This document shows, in pieces, positions 26,306-32,000 of a DNA stretch of 32,000 nt; the stretch's first letter is position 1, and each line of letters opens with the position of its first letter. The notes under the pieces were generated by a model. That model had not been told where the DNA came from. It saw only the letters and a program-made list of their open reading frames with translations, and made no database searches. Source of the DNA: Candidatus Baldrarchaeota archaeon (GTDB taxonomy: Archaea > Asgardarchaeota > Baldrarchaeia > Baldrarchaeales > DXJG01); assembly GCA_019056805.1 (NCBI GenBank), contig DXJG01000004.1, forward strand, positions 150,001 to 182,000, read 5' to 3'. A program made the translations under genes and the position numbers.

Positions 26306-26306
26306 T

Positions 26307-26549
26307 ATGCCCGAAATCACCATAAAAATACCCGAAGATGTTTTTAAAGAAATGAAGAACTTTAGCGGCGTAGACTGGTCTGAAGTTTGTGTAAATGCTA
26401 TAAAAGCTAAAATTTACGGGTTAAAAGTAGCAAAAAAGGTCGAAGAAATGTTAGAAGGGAAAACATTTGCAGATTTATCCGAAAAAGAAAAAAGAAAATT
26501 AATATTGAAGATTTTACGTGAAATAGAGAATAAAAAATCTAATTTTTAA
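26307..26549 (+). CDS. Ribbon-helix-helix (CopG/VapB-like) DNA-binding protein
   Basis: MPEITIKIPEDVFKEMK....VDWSEV....AI pattern typical of archaeal RHH antitoxin-like proteins. ATG 26307 follows GGAGATGA, 1 bp after the DHH stop. Confidence 0.7.
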   Translation: MPEITIKIPEDVFKEMKNFSGVDWSEVCVNAIKAKIYGLKVAKKVEEMLEGKTFADLSEKEKRKLILKILREIENKKSNF

Positions 26550-26552
26550 TGG

Positions 26553-27197
26553 TTAAGGTGGTAATTTCTCCCCTCTTAGAACTGTAAGTTTTAGCATCAA
26601 TGTTGTCATTGTTCCAGCTATAAATCCCCCTACGTGAGCTGTATGAGCAACTCCACCATAGGGTCCAAGCATAATAGCATAAAGGGTTTCAATTAAAGCA
26701 TAGAAAAGAGCAAAATGTAATGCCCTAACTCTGAAAACACCGTAATAACTCCATATTCTTAAAGGTCTCCTTGGGAATAAAAAGGCGTATGCAGCTATTA
26801 CTCCAAAGATAGCTCCTGAAGCACCCAGACAAGGTATGTCTCCTCCACCGAAAACAAATACCGACAAATAAGAGTGGAATATTCCCGCGAAAACACCGCA
26901 GACCAAATAAAATGTTAGAAATGTTATTCTTCCAAATATGTTCTCACAGTCGTCTCCAAAAACCCAGAGAGCATACATATTCATGAAAATATGGAGAATA
27001 TCTGCGTGCAAAAACATGTGAGTAATAAGTGTATGTAAATCGTGTCCTTGAACAACTAATATCGGAACAAGAGAATATTCAAAGATAATTTGAGGGTCTG
27101 CAAGCTCAGCAAGGAACACGAGGGCGTTTAAAACTATTAACATATATGTAATCCAAGGAGTTTTTGGAACATATTCGTATTCTTCCATTATAACCAT
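26553..27197 (-). CDS. Rhomboid-family intramembrane serine protease
   Basis: THMFLHADILHIFMNM..LW.FG, catalytic GASG (Ser codon 26817-26819) and AHTAHVGGF. Start uncertain (27212/27197/27188). Confidence 0.93.
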   Translation of the reverse strand: MVIMEEYEYVPKTPWITYMLIVLNALVFLAELADPQIIFEYSLVPILVVQGHDLHTLITHMFLHADILHIFMNMYALWVFGDDCENIFGRITFLTFYLVCGVFAGIFHSYLSVFVFGGGDIPCLGASGAIFGVIAAYAFLFPRRPLRIWSYYGVFRVRALHFALFYALIETLYAIMLGPYGGVAHTAHVGGFIAGTMTTLMLKLTVLRGEKLPP

Positions 27198-27291
27198 AAC
27201 TCCACCATCCAAATTTGTATATCAAGTCAACTTAATTTAAAGTGCGCAGGCACAGTTAAATAAAATAATATGCTGATAAATAGTGTTTAAG

Positions 27292-27774
27292 TTAAGTTTT
27301 TTCAAGTTTTCTGCCACAATTTGGACAGAATATAGCTCCTGGAGGAAGTCTGGCTCCACAGTCAGGACAGTATTGTAAGACTGCCGTCTCTTCTGTTTTT
27401 ACTATTGGTTTGGTAGGTATGACAGTTGATGGTGGTGTTATCGGCTTTGGTGGCGGCGGAGAAGGGACGGGTCTAACGGGTGGCGGTCTGTATTGCGGAA
27501 TACCTGTTAATTCTTTTATTGCTTCTTCAATTGTAAATTTAATTAAGGAGGCATAGAAACCTAGAGCTGCTACAACTGATCCTATAATCACAAAAATTAG
27601 CGATCCAAACATTAGCCCTACCATAGCATTTGGATTGTTCATATAATATTGAGGATTTGTCATCATGGGTAGAAGTAGCCCTATTACAATTATTATAATT
27701 CCAACTATTCCCCAAAGGATGCCAAAAATAATAGTTTTTAAAGCTAGGACAAAGGACCGTCCCCAAGTAGGCAT
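27292..27774 (-). CDS. Membrane protein with two TM helices, a Pro-rich linker and a C-terminal double zinc ribbon
   Basis: Two hydrophobic segments, RPPPVRPVPSPPPPKP linker, CPDCG...CPNCG. GGTGAG SD before the ATG. Confidence 0.85.
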   Translation of the reverse strand: MPTWGRSFVLALKTIIFGILWGIVGIIIIVIGLLLPMMTNPQYYMNNPNAMVGLMFGSLIFVIIGSVVAALGFYASLIKFTIEEAIKELTGIPQYRPPPVRPVPSPPPPKPITPPSTVIPTKPIVKTEETAVLQYCPDCGARLPPGAIFCPNCGRKLEKT

Positions 27775-27971
27775 TTAACTCACCTTTTCACTTTACATTA
27801 AGGTAATTATTATCTAGCTATCTAAGTATAAGTTCTTAAAAGTTTTTCCACTTAATCCAAAATTTTGAAGTGTTTCCAAACGCTGCTTTCTCTTAGAATG
27901 TTTTTAATTCGTCGTGGCGTTTTACCAAAATATTAAAAATAAAATGTGTGGAATTTTGATTTTAAAACCGG

Positions 27972-30900
27972 TTATTTTCTTCTTTTAAGGGTTAAAATGA
28001 CTGTTATTCCTATGACCGCGACGATAGAACCGACTATTAATGCTAATTTGCCACCAAAAGGCGTTGTTGGCTCTGTAACAGTTACCTCTTGTTCTTCACT
28101 ATAGGCAACGTTTCCAGCTAGGTCTGATACATAGATTTTATATCTTATAGTTCCTTCACTGTCCATTGGAGGTAGTATTGCGGAATATAATCCTTCTTCC
28201 CCGCTCATTGTAATATTGATCCATTTATCTCCATAATTATAGCTGAGGATTACTGAACTAATTCCTGATTCATTGTCCTGAACTTGTACTTCAACTACAA
28301 TTTCTTGTCCAACGCGAGGTTTTTCAGGAGATATGACAATATTCATTATAGTAGGAGGCGTATCATCTACCCAGAATTCATAGATTTTCTGAATTTCGCC
28401 ATACGTTACATTTACGTAATAAATACCTTCTGTTGCATTCTCAGATAAATCTACTTCTAACGTAAAGTATCCTGTTCCGTTTGTAGCCTTTAGCTCCTTT
28501 GCTATGATTTCTTCCGCTGGACCACGGACTTCAATGCTCACGAAAACGTTTACTAGTGGGGAGCCTTCTCTTGTTACGTTACCCCATATGATAACTCTAC
28601 TTCCACTTCGATAGGCAGGACGATCCGTAGCAATGTAAATGTTAAATAGTTCAGGTGGTGGAGAAGTCTTTACATCAATAGTATAATATTCTCCATTGTT
28701 ATCAGAAATAAAGAAGCCATATCTACCATTTGTAACCGTCGAAACAATGAAGCTAACATTTACAGGCTGCATAAAGGGATTTAACATACCACCATAAATA
28801 TTACTTCCCTCACTCTCTGCTATAAAAAGCACCTTTCTCTGACTATCATACATGTAAAAAACAGCAATCGAAAAGATCTCTGTTTCCGAGTCTCCAAGTT
28901 TAACGCTTATTGCGATATAATCATGAGCAAGAGGACTCTCTGGAAGATACCAAACCTTATTAACTGTTATCCCAGGCTTTATATTGATATTTAAAGTGTT
29001 TTGAGATGTAACACATGCAAGCTCTCCGCTGCTGCTTTCAACAATTAACATTAATCGGACTGATCCCTTCATCCACTTAGCAAACCTTACAGTAGTGTCA
29101 AGAATGGTGAAGGAGTTATTTTCTACATATGGTACGCTAGCAGGTAGCAGGTATAAGTCATTTGTTCCATATTCCCACAAAACAACTTTCCCTGTACTAT
29201 AGTTCGCTACATTTGTCACGTTAATGGAAAGTACAGCTGGTTCATCAATAAGTCCACTAATATTATCCTGAAGAATGCTTATTTCCATATTCTCAGCATA
29301 TGTAAAGTTAGGTGCATAAGGTCTACCATTAACGATCACTATTGGAACAAAAAAGTTCATAATGCTAGTTGTTCCAAACGATATAGTGATATTTGGCAGA
29401 ATATAGTGAACTCCTTCGGTAAGTCCGCTTTTTTCCATTTTTATCACTGAAACGTCTCCTGTTTGTATTACGCTTTGTGAGATAATATAGGGAGGCTGTA
29501 CATTTTTGATGCGAGCATCGGAGACACCAATATTCTGTACGTAAATATCTAAAGCTGTAGATGTAGTTTCATTTGATACTAAAATTTCTGTACCGTCCCT
29601 GATCCTTACAAGGTCTATCAAAACTTTCATAGAAACTTCAACGTAATGAACACCCCAATTGCTTCTTATAACTATGAAACTGTGATAAACTCCGGAAGTA
29701 CAGTTTTCTGCATTTAATTCGAATTCTATTGAACCAACCCATGAGGATGGTATTTCCGAAGGATTATAGCTTAGAATGTTAACCCATGGATCGAGACCTT
29801 CTACACTTGCTATTTCAAGCGTGTCATTCCCCAAGTTTTGAATTGTAATAATGTCACTTTCTTGATCTCCAGAAGTAAGCAGTAAAGGCTCGTCTTGTAG
29901 TACTACATTTATCCATGAAAAGTTATAATCATCTACAATAACTTCAAAAGAGAATTTCGTGGTTTCAATACTGTAAAGCTCCAGTTTCCAAACACCCGGC
30001 AATGGATCTTCAAATATTAAATCTTCTAATGTTGTACCCCCAGCTGAATATTGCATCTCACCCTTTGGATCTATCAGCGTCCATTCTATTATTCCAGTGG
30101 AAGAACCATTTATAGCGAATCTTTCTGTATCAGTAGGGATGTAAAATCTGAATACTTGAAGATTTTCACCTTCAAGTCTCCCAGTTACTTGAAGCGGCGG
30201 AGTTCCAAGTAATTTACCAATTACTTCATCTACGGTTAATGTAAAGGTTACGTTATCACCTGCTTGGATGAAAAGCGACCATACCCCATGTTCAGGGCTT
30301 CTTATTAAATTAATCTCTGACAGTGAATATTCTTCGCCATAAGGACTTTTAATAGTACAATCAATAGAACCATTTGCATCCAAATTGAGTGGAATTGCTT
30401 CAACTCCAGGTGGTACATAGAATTTGAAAATTTCTGTTTCCCCGCTTCTAAGGAAATCTGTAGTAATTACAGGTATCTCGCTAAATTCCTCTATAGATAA
30501 TGTTTCAATTTCCATAAAGAACGCTATATTTTGAATATCTCCTGGGTTTTGAGCTATTATTCTGAGCATGTAGATTCCATGTAGAGGTTCGAAAAGAGGC
30601 TCTATCAAGGGTAATGTTCCAATGTAATTTCCTAACGGGTCATATAGTTCAATTGAAAAGTCTATTAATTCTTCTGTAAATATGCTTAGTGAAGATACTC
30701 CAGGTGGTACATAGAAGTGTAGAATTTTTTCCTCACTGCCCAATAAGTCACCTTCTACTATAAGTTTCTCTTTAAGGAGATCAGTACCTCCAATTAAGTC
30801 AGGCGCTGAAACTAAAACTTTTAGAGTAACATTAACTGTCGAATCTGACGCTGTATTGTTTAATAGTACCTGCCATGTTCCTGGCATGGGATCTCTTACT

Positions 30901-31874
30901 GCAAATTTGACAAAAACTCCACCTATAGTGGTAATTGGAGTATTAGTGGGGTCATACAATATCCATTCCGGATAATCTGTTAAGTTAGCTTCTCCTCCTA
31001 CGATAAGTTGATGAATACCCACTGGAACACTAAAATTAACGGTGACCATGGAATTATTTTCTACGATGATACTGTTATTTTCTAAAATTACATGTTTTTC
31101 AAGAAGTGTATAGTTTTGAATGTTCAACGTGTCATGTGGCACTATGACAACTGGTACACGCCAAGTTTGAGAAACGGGATTTATAACTGTGAAATTTATT
31201 TCTTCAATAATAAGTTCTGAAGTTTTCCACGTTTTTATTAAGAGAGGGAACTCTGCGTGTCCCCTAGGTGGAATTACATCTTTATCTTTGAGTGGTATAC
31301 AAATCTCATTAAGCTCATTAGGCAGTTGAAGTAAAACTGTGAGATTTGTATCTGTTAAACTCTCTACAACAATTTTTACAAGACTTTCTTCATAGCTTAA
31401 ACCTTCGAAGTAGAAATATGGGGGATTAATACGTATTAATGGATTAGATGGCTGAACTATGATAGAATAGTCTATCGTATTAATAATCTCTCCTGATGAA
31501 CTTTCGAAGGTAAAGTTTACCCATCCATGATAGGTAGCAGGTTCTAACGCTGATGTGTTAATTAATATGAAAGCCCAAGTTTCATTGGAGGGCATAAGCC
31601 ATTTAAGAGGATGCGTTGTATTGATAATTTGAGTTATATCAGATCTTTGAACATCAATTTTTTTTAGCCGAATGGTTTCGGTACCATTATTTGTTATGTT
31701 TGCTTTTAAAATGTAATATTCGCCTTTCTGCAATGTTATTCCTACATTGTCTGGTTCGATTACCACAGTATCATTTCCCTGGGCTTTTACAGTTATTTTT
31801 GATTGTAATGGTATTTGAATAAGTATTGTCAGAATTATGATGAGCAGCAAGCAACATACTTTTGTTTTTTGCAT
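27972..31874 (-). CDS. Large membrane-anchored cell-surface glycoprotein (Ig-like, PPC-like repeats, MG2-like domain, C-terminal TM anchor)
   Basis: N-terminal signal peptide (KTK + hydrophobic core), about 35 N-x-S/T sequons by manual count, four FxVPxG...DPxPGxW repeats, IATDRPAYRSG (macroglobulin-like), C-terminal TM + KRRK. No catalytic motif seen. Confidence 0.88.
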   Translation of the reverse strand: MQKTKVCCLLLIIILTILIQIPLQSKITVKAQGNDTVVIEPDNVGITLQKGEYYILKANITNNGTETIRLKKIDVQRSDITQIINTTHPLKWLMPSNETWAFILINTSALEPATYHGWVNFTFESSSGEIINTIDYSIIVQPSNPLIRINPPYFYFEGLSYEESLVKIVVESLTDTNLTVLLQLPNELNEICIPLKDKDVIPPRGHAEFPLLIKTWKTSELIIEEINFTVINPVSQTWRVPVVIVPHDTLNIQNYTLLEKHVILENNSIIVENNSMVTVNFSVPVGIHQLIVGGEANLTDYPEWILYDPTNTPITTIGGVFVKFAVRDPMPGTWQVLLNNTASDSTVNVTLKVLVSAPDLIGGTDLLKEKLIVEGDLLGSEEKILHFYVPPGVSSLSIFTEELIDFSIELYDPLGNYIGTLPLIEPLFEPLHGIYMLRIIAQNPGDIQNIAFFMEIETLSIEEFSEIPVITTDFLRSGETEIFKFYVPPGVEAIPLNLDANGSIDCTIKSPYGEEYSLSEINLIRSPEHGVWSLFIQAGDNVTFTLTVDEVIGKLLGTPPLQVTGRLEGENLQVFRFYIPTDTERFAINGSSTGIIEWTLIDPKGEMQYSAGGTTLEDLIFEDPLPGVWKLELYSIETTKFSFEVIVDDYNFSWINVVLQDEPLLLTSGDQESDIITIQNLGNDTLEIASVEGLDPWVNILSYNPSEIPSSWVGSIEFELNAENCTSGVYHSFIVIRSNWGVHYVEVSMKVLIDLVRIRDGTEILVSNETTSTALDIYVQNIGVSDARIKNVQPPYIISQSVIQTGDVSVIKMEKSGLTEGVHYILPNITISFGTTSIMNFFVPIVIVNGRPYAPNFTYAENMEISILQDNISGLIDEPAVLSINVTNVANYSTGKVVLWEYGTNDLYLLPASVPYVENNSFTILDTTVRFAKWMKGSVRLMLIVESSSGELACVTSQNTLNINIKPGITVNKVWYLPESPLAHDYIAISVKLGDSETEIFSIAVFYMYDSQRKVLFIAESEGSNIYGGMLNPFMQPVNVSFIVSTVTNGRYGFFISDNNGEYYTIDVKTSPPPELFNIYIATDRPAYRSGSRVIIWGNVTREGSPLVNVFVSIEVRGPAEEIIAKELKATNGTGYFTLEVDLSENATEGIYYVNVTYGEIQKIYEFWVDDTPPTIMNIVISPEKPRVGQEIVVEVQVQDNESGISSVILSYNYGDKWINITMSGEEGLYSAILPPMDSEGTIRYKIYVSDLAGNVAYSEEQEVTVTEPTTPFGGKLALIVGSIVAVIGITVILTLKRRK
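30403..30716 (-). repeat. Exact 20-bp direct repeat (ACTCCAGGTGGTACATAGAA at 30403-30422 and 30697-30716) within tandem domain repeats
   Basis: Both copies read directly from the sequence; they encode FYVPPGV in adjacent repeated domains. Confidence 0.85.
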
Positions 31875-32000
31875 TACACATCACCCTAGACCTATATTTG
31901 GTCAGTTTCTTCCTTTCCACAATACATTGTAATAATAATTATTATAACAAATTGTAGTGATAGTAAGTAATATATTTTTTGGATTTGAATAACTTTACAA

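Noticed and set aside
27420-27500. GC-rich low-complexity stretch (GGTGGCGGCGGA...GGTGGCGGT) as a possible ncRNA or foreign DNA
   Set aside because: Fully explained by the proline-rich linker codons of the zinc-ribbon membrane protein on the minus strand.
113-27766. Many short ORF-track entries antisense to or nested in larger genes (e.g. 113-394, 902-1120, 1598-2964 set, 4369-4623, 6010-7512 set, 8716-9396 set, 14666-16348 set, 17895-19861 set, 27539-27766)
   Set aside because: They lie opposite or inside well-supported genes, have Ser/Phe/Ile-rich shadow composition, lack SD motifs and match no family.
1-32000. CRISPR array, tRNA/rRNA genes, IS elements or integrases
   Set aside because: No regularly spaced repeats, cloverleaf or GC-rich structural RNA stretches, transposase motifs or terminal inverted repeats were seen by manual reading. 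A tRNAscan/Infernal run would be needed to exclude small RNAs.

Overview
AT-rich archaeal chromosomal DNA (roughly one third G+C by eye), densely coding, with about 31 protein genes. Many starts are GTG/TTG preceded by GGAGG/GGTGA ribosome-binding sites. I found no rRNA, tRNA, CRISPR array or mobile element. The gene content suggests an anaerobic, probably thermophilic heterotroph, and a few orphan proteins hint at an Asgard-type lineage (inference only). From left to right: (1) a flavin reductase and a tungsten formaldehyde:ferredoxin oxidoreductase (FOR-type) with its MoaD partner; (2) DUF6125, a split wHTH + Lrp ligand-binding pair and a tandem GNAT; (3) a pyrrolysine-free MttB / stand-alone MtrH / corrinoid-protein methyl-transfer trio; (4) a GNAT + OSBS/N-acylamino-acid racemase + SAM methyltransferase run; (5) an SCP2-like gene coupled to an aldehyde-dehydrogenase homolog whose catalytic Cys is replaced by Ala; (6) ogg; (7) a PadR / radical SAM-SPASM / Grs-like B12 radical SAM / GT4 / UbiA block that looks like a co-regulated tetraether-lipid modification locus with shared operator-like motifs; (8) an amidohydrolase, a possible Vps28-like orphan and a degenerate DHH + RHH pair; (9) a rhomboid protease next to a 1300-aa surface glycoprotein that ends in a GG-TM-basic tail. 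All family calls come from motif recognition and memory; no database searches were run. Several starts were moved from the ORF track using Shine-Dalgarno spacing.
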